A DNA stretch of 64,000 nucleotides. Origin: Chiloscyllium plagiosum. Lineage: Eukaryota. The DNA is taken from positions 56,118,603 through 56,182,602 of the forward strand of contig NC_057718.1 in the NCBI RefSeq assembly GCF_004010195.1, in the 5' to 3' direction. This document shows, piece after piece, positions 1-13,335 of this stretch. Positions within the stretch are counted from its first letter, which is position 1. Each line of letters starts with the position of its first letter. The notes under the pieces were generated by a model. That model did not search any database and had not been told where the DNA came from. It was given only the letters and a program-made list of their open reading frames with translations. Both the position numbers and the translations under genes were made by a program.

Positions 1-639
1 CAACTCATTTACTTAATACCCATAAATAACATTTTTCTCCAAACACCCAAGAGAGTTCTGTATATTCAGTTCATTGTCCTGTACAGTCAGTCAGTCTACT
101 TGTCAAGTGAACAGCATTGACAAACCACTTTAATTCACCAGTTGTAGCAGAACAGGTAAAATGAAATTTAACAATTAATTTGACCATTTAATAAAACTCA
201 AGATATAAGAAATAAGTAAGAAATATGGAAGTTTTCTGACTCAAACATGAACCACAGCTGAGGCAGCTTAAAATTGTTCAAAACTTTATGGGCAATATGA
301 ACCGGGATGAAAATCAGTGAGGAGGTACAGGGCAACAAGTGTTAATTTTTTATAGAATTAGAGCATGGAAGACGCCCTTATGTCCATTAAGTTCATGCTT
401 GCCAATTAGTTACATGCCCATGTTCTTTCACTAGATCCTCGCATTTTTACTGCTGTCTAAATATGTTCATAATCTTATGTAATTACCTTTTGAAATTTAC
501 TATTGACTCTACCACTTCTCATGTTTTGTTTACAAAAGAATCAGGAAGATGACAGGTTTATGCTGTCTGGCTACTAATCAAGTTGCCAGCACAAACAGTT
601 ACACCTTTATTAAATCCTATTTAATTTACAAAAAAATAG

Positions 640-815
640 GAGTCCATTAGCTCAGTTGACTGGATGGCTAATTTGCAATGGTGTTGCAGGGCACCACTAA
701 CAGTGCGAGTTCAATTCCTGTACTGGCTGAGGCCCCTGTGAAGGTCCTGCCTCTCAACAACCCCTCGCTTGAGGTACGATGACCCTCAGTTTAAGCCACT
801 ATCAGTCATCTTTCT
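640..815 (+). mobile_element. Old tRNA-derived SINE (unnamed family)
   Basis: A-box-like ttagctcagttgactgg and B-box-like gagttcaattcc; a related copy lies on the minus strand at about 52395-52605. Confidence 0.6.
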
Positions 816-1364
816 GGTCCTCAGGCAAATGCCAGCGTCATCTAGCCTGTTTCCACACTGTAGGGAGTCTATTTATTTCCAGATGACACTCTTCAAAGCC
901 TTGTTTAACATCTTCCTAAATTCAGTAACTAGGGGACCACAAACATTTATTGCAACTTTTTTTTTTTAAAACTTTTACATTCTTATACCTAGAGATAAGG
1001 ATCCCATGCTTTTTAAGCCTCATCAACTTCTGCTAGCCCCTAAATATTTAGGTTTTTGAACCTCAGTGCATCTTTTCCTGCATCCCCTTCAAAATGCCTG
1101 TCTTTCTTTCAAAATGCACAACTTCACACTACTGTGCACTAAACTTCATGACAGGTAAATGTCCAGCATACATTCTTCATCCTCAAATTTGTTTCTTTTA
1201 TTTTTTTCTTAAAATATCAGTTTTATTTTCTGCATCTTCGCCCATTCCATATCCATAGCCCTACTTTCCTCAAATCCCAGGGACTTCAACTTTGCAAAGT
1301 CTATCACCCACCATCATATATGCATCAACATCACCACCCCATCACAATAAATAACAATCAAGTT

Positions 1365-1465
1365 TGTCAGGTCAGAGGTTAGGAATCCTGCAGCAAGTAA
1401 CTCACCACCTCACTCCTCAGAACCTGATCGCCATCTACAGTGCACAAGTCAGGAATGTGACATAG
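1365..1465 (+). mobile_element. CR1/L2-clade LINE RT fragment
   Basis: Translates to a GQRLGILQQVTHHLTPQNLIAIYSAQVRNV-like post-RT motif. Confidence 0.6.
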
Positions 1466-1749
1466 TAGATAAAGAAAAAAAATCAAGGCAGATTTAGGTC
1501 ACGCCTCAACAGAAAAGAACCCTGCATTTTTCATATCCTACTTTACATTTAAAGGAGGAGGATTTAAAGATCAAAGTACAAAATATTGTAATTATACAAG
1601 TGTAGCATCATCTGTGAGGAAAGTTAATTTTCCAGATTGATAACATTCTGATGAAGGGGTGTGGTTGAAGTAAATAGCAAAACTATATTTAAGACAAGTT
1701 TGACACCAGAATGGAGATGGAATCAAAGTTTACAAAGATAGGATTTAGA

Positions 1750-1978
1750 GGTTAGCACTGCTGTCTCACAACGCCAGAGACCCGGGTTCAATTCCCGGCT
1801 CAGGTAACTGTCTGTGTGGAGTTTGCACATTCTCCCAGTGTCTGCGGCTGTTTAGGTGAACTGGCCATGCTAAATTGCCCTAGTGTTAGGTGTAGGGGAA
1901 TGGGTCTGGGTGGGTTGCTCTTCGGAGGGTCGGTGTGGACTAGTTGGGCCAACCCTGCAAGTAATCTAATCTAATCTA
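1750..1978 (+). mobile_element. HE1-type V-SINE (5' truncated, internal deletion)
   Basis: B-box gggttcaattcc, V-domain tctgtgtggagtttgcacattctcc, (taatc)n tail. Confidence 0.85.
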
Positions 1979-2459
1979 AAAAAAGGAAACAAGGGAGAAA
2001 GCTAAAGTGGAGCATATACATTAGCAAGGACTAGTTAGGTCAAACAGCCTGTTTCTGTGTTGGACATCCTATGTATGTCATGGTTACTCCTATGGCACCA
2101 TACATATCATTCAAGGTTGCAAGACTCACCCATTAAAAAACCATGATCAGTTACAGGAAAGTTGCCTTTGGCTTTAATTGTTACGAGACTGTAACAATAA
2201 AAAATGAATTTAAGACTATAACTGAAGATTCCAAATGGTATCGAGAAATATGTCTCATCCTCTAGAAACTCAAATGCTAGCAACTAAAAAGATACAAATA
2301 TTAGGATACGAGAAACAAGTTACTCAAGCTAAAGCTATGTCACAATTCAATTAGATCATGATAGACCTAAACTGGTCTTTTGGCCCTAGCACAAAATTCT
2401 AAAAATAAATCAGTCTTGCAAGTTTAATAATCACACATACAAACATATGATAGTGAGTT

Positions 2460-3010
2460 TTGAGAAGATTTGTAGCTCAGGTTGAGGTTCTAGATGTAGG
2501 TTTGCTTGCTGAGCTGAAAGGTTCATTTTCAGACATTTCATCACTAAACCAGGTAACATCATCAGTGAGCCTCCAGATGAAGCACTGGTGACATGACCTG
2601 CTTTCTATTTATGCATCTAGGTTTCCTTGGGTTGATGAGGTCATTTCCTGTGGTGACATCATTTCCTGTTCTTTTCCTCAGGGGTGGTAAATGGGATCCA
2701 AGTCAATAGGTTTGTTGTGTGTTCCTGTTGGAATGCCATGCTTCTAGGAATTCTCATGTGTCTCTCTGGCTTGTCCTAGGATGGAGAAGGTGTCCCAATC
2801 AAACTGGTGTCCTTCCTCATCTGTATGTAAGGATGCTAATGAGTGGGTCATGTCTTTTTGTGGCTAGTTTTCTGCCTGTTTGTCCAATGTAGTGTTTTAT
2901 TACAGTTCTTGCAAGGTATTTTGTAAATGACATTAGTTTGTTGTCTGTGTAAAGGTTGTTCCAACTAGCCACCAGGATACAGGAACATCAACTAGTCACA
3001 AAAAGACATG
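2460..3010 (-). mobile_element. Penelope-like element fragment (GIY-YIG end plus terminal repeat with hammerhead motif)
   Basis: Minus strand encodes a KHMREFLEAWHS-type GIY-YIG C-terminus, then tcaCTGATGAtgttacctggtttagtgatGAAAtgtctga (about 2529-2568). Confidence 0.75.
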
Positions 3011-3012
3011 AT

Positions 3013-3865
3013 AGCAAAGAACGTTATCTCAGAGTACAATGGGATCTTGATCAGAAGTGCCAATAGGCTGAGAAGTGGCAAATGGAGTTTAATTTAGATA
3101 AAGGTGAGGTACTGTATTTTGGGAAAACAAAATCTTAGCAGGAATCATACACTTAATAGTAAGGTCCTAGGGAATGTTGCTGAACAAAGACCTTGGAGTG
3201 CAGGTTCATAGCTCCTTGAAAGTAGAGTCGCAGGTAGATCGAATACTGGAGGCAGCATTTGGTACGCTTTCCGTTATTGGTCAGTGTATTGAGTACAGGA
3301 GTTGAACGGTTATGTTGCAGCTGTACAGGACATTGGTTAGGCCACTATCGGAATACTGCGTGCAATTCTGATCTCCTTCCCATCAGAACAGCATTGTGAA
3401 ACTTAATGTTCAGAAAAGATTTACAAGGATGTTGCTAGGATTGGAGGATTTGAGCTGTAGGGATAGGCTGAATAGAGTAGGGCTGTTTTCCCTGGAGTGT
3501 CGGAGGCTGGGGGGTGACCTTACAGAGGTTTACAAAATCATGAGTCTTTCCCTAGGATGGGGGAGTCTGGAACTAGAGGGCATAGGTTTAGGGGGAGAGG
3601 GGAAAGATATAAACAAGACCTAAGGGGCAACTTTATCAGGCAGAGGGTGGTATGTGTATGGAATGAGCTGCCAGAGGAAGTGGTGGAGGCTAGTATAAGT
3701 GCAACATTTAAAAAGGCATCTGGATGGGTATATGAATAGGAAGGGTTTGGAGGGATATGGGCCAGGTGCTTGTAGGTGGGGCTAGATTGGGTTGGGATAT
3801 CTGGTTGGCATGAACCAGTTGGACCGAAGGGTTTGTTTCCGTGCTGTATATCTCTGGCTCTCTCT
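3013..3865 (+). mobile_element. CR1/HER1-type LINE 3' fragment
   Basis: VQKRFTRML, GLFSLECRRLGGDL, RGNFIRQRVVCVWNELPEEVVEA motifs and the 3' UTR ending ctgtatatctct. Confidence 0.92.
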
Positions 3866-4937
3866 TGGGGACAGTTCATATTAGAAGAATGTATAAGAGA
3901 CAAATAAATCTCCTGGACCTGACCAAATATATTCAAAAACACTACAGAGGCTAGAGAAGAAATTGCAGAGGCCCTGGCTGACACTTTTGCATCATCACTA
4001 GCCATACGTAAGGTCCTGGAAGACTGGAGGGTAGTGAAAGTTATGCCCTAATTCAAGAAAGACTGCAAAGAAAAACCTGTGAATTATAAACTAGTAAGCC
4101 TAACATCTGTTACTTGAGAAGATTCTGAGCGGTAAGATATACATGTATTTGGAAAGACAGGGTGAGATTAGGAATCGTCAGTATGGCTTTTTGCACGAGA
4201 GATCATGCCATACAAATTTGTTAGACTTCTTTGATGAAGTGACCAGGTAGGTTGATGAGGGCAGTGTGGTAGACGTATCTATATGGATTTCACTAGGGCC
4301 TTTGATAGGCAACTCGAGGGTTAGATCACACCAAATCCAGGAGGACCTGGCAATTAGAAACACAATGGGCTTGATGGTAGGAAACAGAGGGTAATGGTGG
4401 AAGGATGCTTGTCAGACTGGAGGCCTGTGACTAGTACACTGCCTCAGGGTCAGTGATGCGCTCGTTGCTGTTTGTTATCTACATTAATGATTTGGATGAG
4501 AATGTACAAGGCATGATTACTAAGTTTGCAGATGACACTAAAATAGGCAGTATTGTGGACAGTGAGGAAGGTTATCAGAAATTGCAGCAGGACCTTGATT
4601 AGCTGGAGAATTGGACCAAGAAATGGCAAATTAAGTTTAATATAGATAAGTGTGATGTCTTGCATTTTGGAAAGTCAAATCAAGGTAGGAGTTTCATGGC
4701 GAATGGTAGGGCCTTAATGAGTGTGGTGGAACACATGGATCTTGGAATACTGGCTCAGAGTTCACTGAAAGTGGAGTCACAAGTAGACAGGGCAATGAAG
4801 AAAGCTTTTGGCACACTGGCCTACGTCAGTCAGGACATGGAGTTTAGAAGTTGGGGAGTTATTTTGCAATTGTACAGGACATTGGTGAGGCTGCACTTGG
4901 AGCACTGGGTTGAGTTTTGATCACCTTGATATAGAAG

Positions 4938-5050
4938 AGCAGGTCAGAACACCAGTGCTACACTGGAGGCTCATTGATGATGTTACCTAGTATATAGTGA
5001 CAAGGTGTCTGAAAACAAACCTTCCAGCTCAGTGAGCAAAGTTACATCCA
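4938..5050 (+). mobile_element. Solo Penelope terminal-repeat fragment with decayed hammerhead
   Basis: Reverse-complement match to about 2490-2590 (ggaggctcattgatgatgttacc...gtctgaaaac...cagctcag). Confidence 0.7.
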
Positions 5051-5093
5051 TAAGAAGGATGTTGTTATTAAACTGGAAAGAATGCAGAAGAAA

Positions 5094-5403
5094 TTAGATT
5101 AGAGATTCTCTAGTGTGGAAATAAGCCCTTCAGCCCAACAAGTCCACACCGACCTTCTGAACAGTAACCCACCCTGACCCATTTCCCTCCGATTAACGTA
5201 CCCAACACGAAGGGCAATTTAGCATGACTAAATCACCTGACCTGCACATCTTTGGACTGTGGGAGAAAACCGAAGCACCCGGAGGAAATCCACACAGACA
5301 CAGGGAGAATGTCTGTGTGGAGTTTGCACAGTCACCTGAGGCAGGACAGAAATTGAACCAGGTCCCTGGTACTGTGAGGCAACAGTGCTAACCACTGAGC
5401 CAC
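5094..5403 (-). mobile_element. HE1-type V-SINE
   Basis: Reverse complement of tRNA head, V-domain and (taatc) tail. Confidence 0.85.
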
Positions 5404-5934
5404 TCTTTACAAGGATACTGCCAGGACTCAAGGGTGAGTTAAAGGGAGTGGTTGGATAAGCTAAAACATTTTTCTTTACAGCGTAGGAGATTGGTGTGTG
5501 TGTGGGGGGGGGGGGGGGGATCTTAAATAAGTGTATAAGATCATGTGAGGCATGGATAGGGTGAATGCACTTGGTCTTTTTCCCAGGGTTGGGGAAAATC
5601 AAGGACTAAAGGGCATCGATTTAAGGTTGGAGGGGAAAGAATAAAAAAGGGAACCTGAGGGACAATTGTTTTTAAACAGAGGGTGGTATGCATATGGAAT
5701 GAACTGCCAGAAGTGGTGGAGGGCGGCTACATTAACAACATTTAGGCAGCATCTGGATAAACACACGGATAGGAAAGGGTTAGAAGGATATGGACCAAGT
5801 ACAGGGGCTAGCGTAAATGGACATTTTGATCAGCATGGACAAGTTTGGGCCAAAGGGCCAGTCTCCATTCTATAGGACTGAAAAATGGTATTGCGGGATC
5901 TGGAGAAAGACTGGAGACCTACCTTAAAAAAAAA

Positions 5935-6815
5935 ATGAGGCGATTCTATTCAAACTCTCATAATTCTGAGAAGACTTGACAGGATAGATGCAGAAAGGTT
6001 GTTTCCCCTATGGAAGTCTAGGGCCGGACAGTATAATTTCACAATGAGGGGTCACTTATTTAATAGGGGGATCAGCAGAAATTTCTTCTGAGGGTAGAGA
6101 TTCTGTGTAATTCTTTACCACCAAGACCTGTCAAGGTTCAATCATTAGGTATATTCAAGGCTGACAGATTTTTAATCAGTAAGGAAATCAAAAATTATAG
6201 GGAAAAGTCATAGGAGGGTCCTACAGCACAGAGACAGGCCCTTAGCCCCAAACTGGTCCATGCCAAAGTATTCATCCATGCTAACCCCATTTCCCTGCAC
6301 TTGGCCAATACCCTTCAAAACATTTCCTATCCATGTATTTATCCAAATGCCCTTTAAATGCTGTAAAAGTAGGAAAGTGGAGTTAAAGATTAGCAGAAGG
6401 CAGCAGAATAGCTCAGTGGTTAGCACTGCACCCTCTAAGCTCCAGGAACCCAGGTTTGATTCCAGCCTGGAACAAATGTCTGCGTGGAGTTTGCACATTT
6501 TCCCAGTGTCTGAATGGGTTTCCTCGGACAGCTTCAGTATCCTCCCATAGTCCAAAGATGTGCAGGTTAGGTGGATTGGCCATGCTAAATTGCCCTAGTG
6601 TTCAGGAATGTACAGGTTAGGTGGGTTAGTCATGGGAAATGCAGGGATAGGGTAGGGGTTGGGTCTGGTCTGGAAGGTCAGTGTGGAACTGATGGGCCTA
6701 ATGGCCTCCTTCCACACTGCAGGGTTCTATTAACCATGATCTCATTGAAGAGCAGAATAGACTCACTGGACTAAATGGCTAAATAACTAAACTTTGCTCC
6801 TTTATCTTATGGTCT
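5935..6815 (+). mobile_element. Old CR1/L2 LINE 3' end with a nested CR1 tail (6208-6365, minus) and HE1 SINE (6398-6730, plus)
   Basis: LINE 3' motifs (gacaggatagatgcagaaaggttgtttcccc...ccatgatctcattgaa) split by the inserts. Confidence 0.75.
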
Positions 6816-7419
6816 TAGTTACCATTATTATCGGCACTAGCTAATAGAGGCAATGCAGGGACAAAAGGACAAAAGGTTTCCTCCTGTGATGTAACAATTC
6901 TGTGCGGTGCCGTGCTAAAATTGAATGCAGTAACATTGATACAGCCCTGAACAAGGCTCTACAGTTCTTTTCCTTCATATTTCAGCCCCTTTAAGGCAAA
7001 GATCAACATGATCGTTAGTACTTTTCAATTAATCCAACTTTTAATGATTTGCATCCTGCTCTTCTACAATCCCAGTTTAGCACCACTTCGTAAACACGCC
7101 AAATTTATCTTTCTCCACTACAAAATCAAACTTGTCTATAATGAAATTTGTTCAATTTTTATCAATTCATTTAAAATGCCCCTTTGTAACTTCCAACTCC
7201 AATTTATACCACTTATGGTGCTCAAGTTGCTGGTAGCAATTTGTTCAATTCCTTGATCCAAGTCATTAATAAATATGACAAAATTTGAGACAGCTTCACT
7301 CATTTAACCTTGGCATTCTTGAGTTTGGAGCTCCCCACCATCAATATTTCCAGCTGTATAATATGACAACATTTTCAATACCAGGAACTTTCCACACCGT
7401 GTATGCAACATCAGGTGCT

Positions 7420-7720
7420 GAAGAACAAAAACAGTACTCAATTAAATATTGGGATGACCAAGGCCAATATCTTCATCCGCAGCCGAACTCCACTGCCTTA
7501 CTCATCGACCATTTCTCCTTCAAAATACAGACATCTTAATTAACCAGAGACAAATTTTCAGCAAACATCCCCTCCATCACGAAGACAGCCTACTTCCACC
7601 TCCATAAAATTCAGTTCTAACCATTCATCAGGTCTTCTGCTAGAACTCTCATGCATGCCCATTATCTGTGGACTTAACTATTCCAATATTCTGCCACCTG
7701 ACCTCTCACCTTGCTCATAG
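7420..7720 (+). mobile_element. L2-like LINE relic
   Basis: ccatcacgaagacagcctacttccacctc (ITKTAYFHL) motif. Confidence 0.55.
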
Positions 7721-8704
7721 TACAAATCAGGCAGAACAATTTGTGCTTAAGTTCTGTTCAAAGAGAAAAATCAATATAAACATTTAATAGTCACTTCACT
7801 AGTTTTACTTTGAAGGTGTTTGAAAGGCTCAACTATTCTTCATGTCATAGTTGTCTTCAGAAAGTAATGCAAATTTAATCATCTTATTCAATGCAAAAAA
7901 AAGTTGAAGCACCACACTGCTATTTATGCCACAAATTCCACCATTTTTGTAGCAAGGACTTGCTCCACGTTTAGACTTGTAATCTTAATCATCCAGTAAC
8001 ATGACTTACGTACTTGAGTGGTATAACTGTCTACATTTGTCCTCTGTTCCCCTTACCAACCTATATAAAAGCCCACTGAACCAATTTGCAACTTGCCCAT
8101 TGAGTCCAAATGGCTGGTTGAAATCATTTAGCACAATCTCTCCCCATATCTATTTTACACAATGTTTAATATCATAAGTTGAGAGAGGATTTTCTTTTTC
8201 TGGAACACATTGATAATATAACTTCAGAGCTAGACAATTTAATATCAACAGCAATTATTGAGCATGTATAGCATTAGAAGCTGCAGTGCAATGCTCCTAA
8301 CAATGAGCGAGCATTTCCTAGTACCGGTGCTCAACAGCAAGTAAGATGCTTAGCCACGAATACATTAGAACAGGTACTCTTGACAGACTTGCCACCTGGC
8401 AGAAAAGGGAGGAATAAAAAAAAACTGCAGCTGCATTTTTTAACCACTGACTAAAAGATTCAGCAAGAAGCATCTGGACGACACAAACATAAACCTAGTA
8501 AGTTTAGCTAAATTTTGGAGTTCTCTTTTCATGGTGCAGTAAGGCAACTTGAGAACTTCCAATGGAGGAGGAGGCTGGAAGCCAGATGCAAACTGCTCCT
8601 ATTCCTCTATGACCAACACAATTTATAAATGGTTGCTATGTGGCTATTGCTGACACATTTTCATTTTTTTTTGAGGTAAAACACTTTTTAAAAAAAAAAG
8701 ACTA

Positions 8705-9530
8705 ATATAAAACATATTGCATTTATAGTAAGCTATTTAAGGCATTCTAAGGCCCTTCCACACAGTTTACTAAATAAGGAGATATTAGGACTGATGTCCA
8801 AAAGCTTAGGTCAAAGATAGGGTTCAATAAATGTCTTAAAAGGAAAAGGGATCAAAAAACACAAATGGGAAGAAATGTCAAAGTTAGGCCCAAGCAGCTG
8901 AAAGTATGTACCAAAGGTGGATAAATCAAAAATCAGGGATACAAAACAAAGGGCCCAGAATCGGAAGAGCATAGATTAGGCTATACGACCACAGATGATA
9001 AGACAGGTTAGACCACGGAGTTATACAAAAATAAAACTGTGAATTTTAAAAAGGCATTTTCAGACTAAGAGCCACAGTGGGTCAGTCTACACGGGTGACA
9101 GGCGATCAGAACTTCGCTACCTGTGTCTGAACACAAATGCAGCTTTAGATAAACTCACATTTATTGCAGATAGCTGGTTGACTGACCAGGAGAGCAATGC
9201 AATAGTCAATCTGGAGATTAAAAAGACATAGATGAGGGTTTCAGCAATAAGCTGAGGCCGGAGCAAACTTAGACATTAAAAATGGTAATTTTGGTAGGTG
9301 ACTTTGATGGTGAAGTGGTGTACTCAGCACCTAACCTGGGGATCAAATTTAACACTAAGGCTTTGCAAAGTCTGGTTCAGTCACAAATCAGTGGCTAGGG
9401 TGGAGTAAGGAGACAACATTTAAAGATGCTTGATATGGCAACCATGTTGTTGGGACTGGATACTGAAATCAGACAAAGGTCAAGACAGTTGGTTATGAAA
9501 CAGAGCTTGATGAAGTCAGCATACATGCAG
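8705..9530 (-). mobile_element. L2-like LINE relic (3' portion)
   Basis: ttgcatttatag end and the ggagatattagg...caaaagcttaggtcaaaga pattern typical of reverse-strand L2. Confidence 0.55.
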
Positions 9531-10467
9531 AACAAAGAACTGCTGATGCTGGAGATCGGAGACAAAAAATTCTAAAACAGAAATTACTGGAGAAAATCGT
9601 ACCAATTAAGTATGTTTTGATCACATTAGTAATGTGATACTGCATTTTTCACCATAGAGGTGCACAAATACTGTACACCCAACGTTCCAAAGGGGACATC
9701 AAAAGAACAAAATATTCTTTTAATTTTTCATAAGTTTGGATACTCCCATTAATTTCAAAAGGAAGTGACAAAACATGGAGGCATATCTTGAATGATTCAA
9801 ATTTGAATAGGAAAAATTTTAAAATGAAATTTAGAAATAAATTCAAGAAAAAATATACTTTAAAAAATTCACAATGAAGGATTCAAATTTTCTAGATAGT
9901 CAGTCCACTACTTGAACAGTATATGCTAAATTTAAAGACTGATTGTATTTCTGGAAGGAGTCTTTTTTTGAAAATGGTTTAGGATTGCTGCCACAATGTT
10001 AGCTATCTGGTGCTATGATTTAGCAATTCAAAAGCAGTAGACCTGGGAGTTTTTCCACAAGGTACAAGCTGAATCAAAATATTTGTGACCAAATAATTTA
10101 CAAAGGATTGTTTTACAAATTAGCACAATACCCAATATTAGATGCACAATCTAAGGAAATGTATCTTAATCTTACTGTAAATCCCTAGATTACAATTTTG
10201 TAGGTCAGTTAAAAATGCACTAAAATATCAAACGTTGGCATAATCAAGCATTCATCAGTATTATTTAGGAGTTAGACTGAAGGACTTGGACATTAGACTT
10301 AAGAGCATTTGTAAAAACAAAGACAGATATTAAGCAGTCATGCATTTAAGACATTACTAAAAGCTAACAAATGTGAACGCACTTTCAATTTACATAGTAA
10401 TATCACGTCCTATCTGCAGGTCAAGGTGCAGTTCTGAAATACAGCAATGATGTGCACATATTTTTAC

Positions 10468-13335
10468 CTGATTTTTTGTCCGGTTTTACAGAAAAATCTT
10501 CAATACCAACAAAAGCAGCATCTTTGGATGTTTTAGTGCTCTCAGCCACAGGGGGCAGTTCTGGCACCAGGGCTTCTACAGGAACAATTTTTTTGCTTAC
10601 ATCTTCAACAGGGGAAGGAAACATTATATCTGCTTCTTGCTGAGATATGGATTGTGCTATTGCTCCTTCCTTCCCTCCCAAAACTTCTGCTAAAGCAACA
10701 CTGGTTTCTAAAATTTTTGTAACCACTTCTTTTGAAGCCTTAGTTACTTCTTCATTTATGGGGAACGAAGCATCACTTTGGGTCTTCATCTGTACTTGCA
10801 TCATCTCCAAATTTTCAGAATGGTCATCAAATCTGGTTTTCATTTCATCAATTTGTTCTAAAAAATTGTTTGGAAATGTATTTTGCAAAGCTGGGGCAAT
10901 ACCACCAGTCACTGGCTGGAAAGTAGTCAAACTAGTCCCTTCAGCCAAGACTTGTGAACCAAATTCTCTATCGGCAATCAAAATAGGACTAGATTTGTTT
11001 AAGTCATACCTTTCACTTATTGTTGGACTAGGGAGTACTTCATCAGAAGTTTCCCGATAGCTTAAATTACTTTCTGGTACACCTTTCTCTGTAACCTTTA
11101 ATAGGTCAGATGGAACATCTTCAGTTACATTTTTAATCAGTGGTGGGATTTCAGTTTCATCTTGGAGTGAAAGTGGAGGAAGTGAACATTGCTCAACATG
11201 TCTGTAATCAGCTAAAATTCCTTCAACAGGTTTCATTCCAATTGTAGCAGCTCCCTGTGTTCCCAAAATAGGTTCAGATTTACTGATGGCAACTTCTTTG
11301 CATGTAATCACATCTAGATTCTTCATTGTCACTGAAATACCAGCTGATATATCTGGTATTTGATAAAGCAATGTAGAACAACTTGTTTCTTCCACAATCT
11401 TACTAGGTAATAATTCTTCTTTCCTGGACTGATCAAACTTGTTTATTTTTTCAGAGACATCAGGCTCGCTGAGCCCCAAGCATACACGTAAATCATTATT
11501 ACCTCCTACCTCTACAACAGAATCTAATGTGCGATCTAGTATATTTCCCTTTTCAGAAACCTGAATCTTCTCGGAAATAATTACAGTATCTTCAATAACT
11601 CCCCCTTCTGTAATAGCCTTTCGTTCTTCAAAGAAAGGCTGTGTTTTTGATAACTCTGGAATACCACTGTCAGCACTAAGTGGTTCCTGAAGGGCATGCA
11701 CAATTTGCTCTTTAGCAGCATTTTGAGTATAATCAGGATCAGACTCTGTGTCTATGGAAGTTGGTGCCTTCACAATAGTGTCTGTTAAATCTTGTATGTC
11801 ATCAGATTTGCCTAAAACACACACTTCAGAAGAGTAAAGTTGTGGTTTGAATTGATCAAGAGATTCTTGAGATTTCCTCACTTCTGTATCGATCGAGTTT
11901 TCACTGATTTCTAATTGCGTTAATCCTGGGGATATGATTTCAGAGGTTCTTTGTAAATGGTAGGGTGCAAAACTTGGCGCAGTCTGATTTGAATTAATGA
12001 TTTCATTCAAATAGTCGGATTGCACAATCTGCTTTGGATGGATTGCCAAGTTACTAAGCAGTTCTGAATTCATTTCAGAAGTAGCTGTCACATCTGTATT
12101 AGAATTGGATTTGTATTTAGCAAATACTGGTGCCGCAGATGTTGGATCCTTGACCTTATCATTTGCTTTTGACTCAATATCAGTTAACTGGAATGGTACT
12201 GAAGTTTCCTTGAACTCAATCTTTCCTTTTATAACTTCATTTTTAGGAACCGTTTCATTAGTGCTGAAGTAATCAGACTCCAACACGTTGTAAGAATCAA
12301 ACGTAGCATAGGTCATACATGCTTGAGATTCACTTACAACTGGAACTTGCGAAACAGCAAAGTATGCTTCACCAGTTGGAGTCAGCTTGTCATCTTGTTC
12401 AAAGGACTGTTCTACATGATCCTCCAAGTCTGTATAACCTAGCATTCCAGTAGTTCTAGCCACAATTGTTTCTCTGGTTTCACATGGTGTCTTTGAAGGT
12501 TCCTGATCTTCAAACACATCTTTCTCAGACTTATCAATTACATTGATGGCATCTTTGATGTAAGAATCAATAAGAGCCACCTGATTAATTGTTGGACCAG
12601 TCATCTTTAGTTCATTTTTCTCCTTTACTTCCAAAATGTCCCCATAGCAAAAGTTAAGACCACTATCCACTGGTTTTATAGTTTGGTCATTAGAATCCAG
12701 TGTATTCTGCATAAACTCCTTTTCAACAACTCTGCCTAGGGGAAGCGTATCAGCCCCTGACACACCAACATATTCATTAATTAATCCAAAATTATTTGTT
12801 TCCATTTCAACTTTTCTGTCATCTGATAACTGAACATTATGTATTCTCATGTCCTCACTAATCTTCAGTTCTCCCTTATCTGCAATGACTTGTTCTGGCT
12901 TCATTTCTTCAACATGGAGTGTAGTCCCTTTAACTTCATTTCCATTTGGCTCTATACACTGACCAACTGTGTCTTGAAATGGACTTTCATCAGCAGAATT
13001 TAGTTTGTCTATCTCTGATGATTCTATAAATGCTGGCTTCACTTGTGCCTTTTCATCAACAGAATGAGCTTTTTTAAAATGCTCTGCTACTTGTTTGTTC
13101 ACTGCATCGTCCAAAAAACCCAAGGTTGTTTGTAATTCGGTGTTTAAAGGAACTTCACTCTCTGCAAGATCATCATTGTGGACTGTTTTTGTGGACACTG
13201 TTAATTCAGTTACAGAATCAGAAGAAAAGGAGGGCAAAGAGAAGACAGGAACAGGTTCAACATGCACAGGTGCAGCATCCTGTGGGCCCACAGGTTCGGC
13301 ACTAGCGGTCTGATCTTTCAAGTTGACAGAAAAGT
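10468..13335 (-). CDS. RTN4: RTN4 large Nogo-A-specific exon, 2868 nt (956 codons), acidic and probably disordered
   Basis: Inside the 993-aa ORF 10421..13402. Acceptor tttcctttctatccatgatcacag|AC at 13335, donor TCAG|gtaaaa at 10468; phase 1-1. Start DFSVNLKDQ...SLPSFSSDSVTE resembles human ENMDLKEQ...SLPSLSPLSAASFKE; end ...KKS resembles human ...SKTS before the reticulon domain. Confidence 0.9.

Larger units (their letters stand above)
3866..5880 (+). mobile_element. Degenerate CR1 LINE (about 2 kb) interrupted by a Penelope terminal repeat (4938-5050) and an HE1 SINE
   Basis: RT motifs such as YINDLD, KFADDTK and LYRTLVRLHLE with stops and frameshifts. Confidence 0.9.

Noticed and set aside
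640..730. tRNA-like sequence, also the heads of HE1 copies
   Set aside because: No full cloverleaf and followed by SINE bodies; these are SINE heads, not tRNA genes.
1645..1670. ctgatgaagggg hammerhead-like start
   Set aside because: No stem II partner or GAAA follows; at most a decayed remnant.
1..10400. Searched for the Nogo-C first exon (MDGQKK.WKDK-like) and reticulon-domain exons (VVDLLYWRD)
   Set aside because: Not found by eye; they probably lie beyond the window start.
10452..11060. Plus-strand ORFs overlapping RTN4 exons (also 13095..13313 and 42914..43240)
   Set aside because: Antisense shadows of the coding strand with no independent support.
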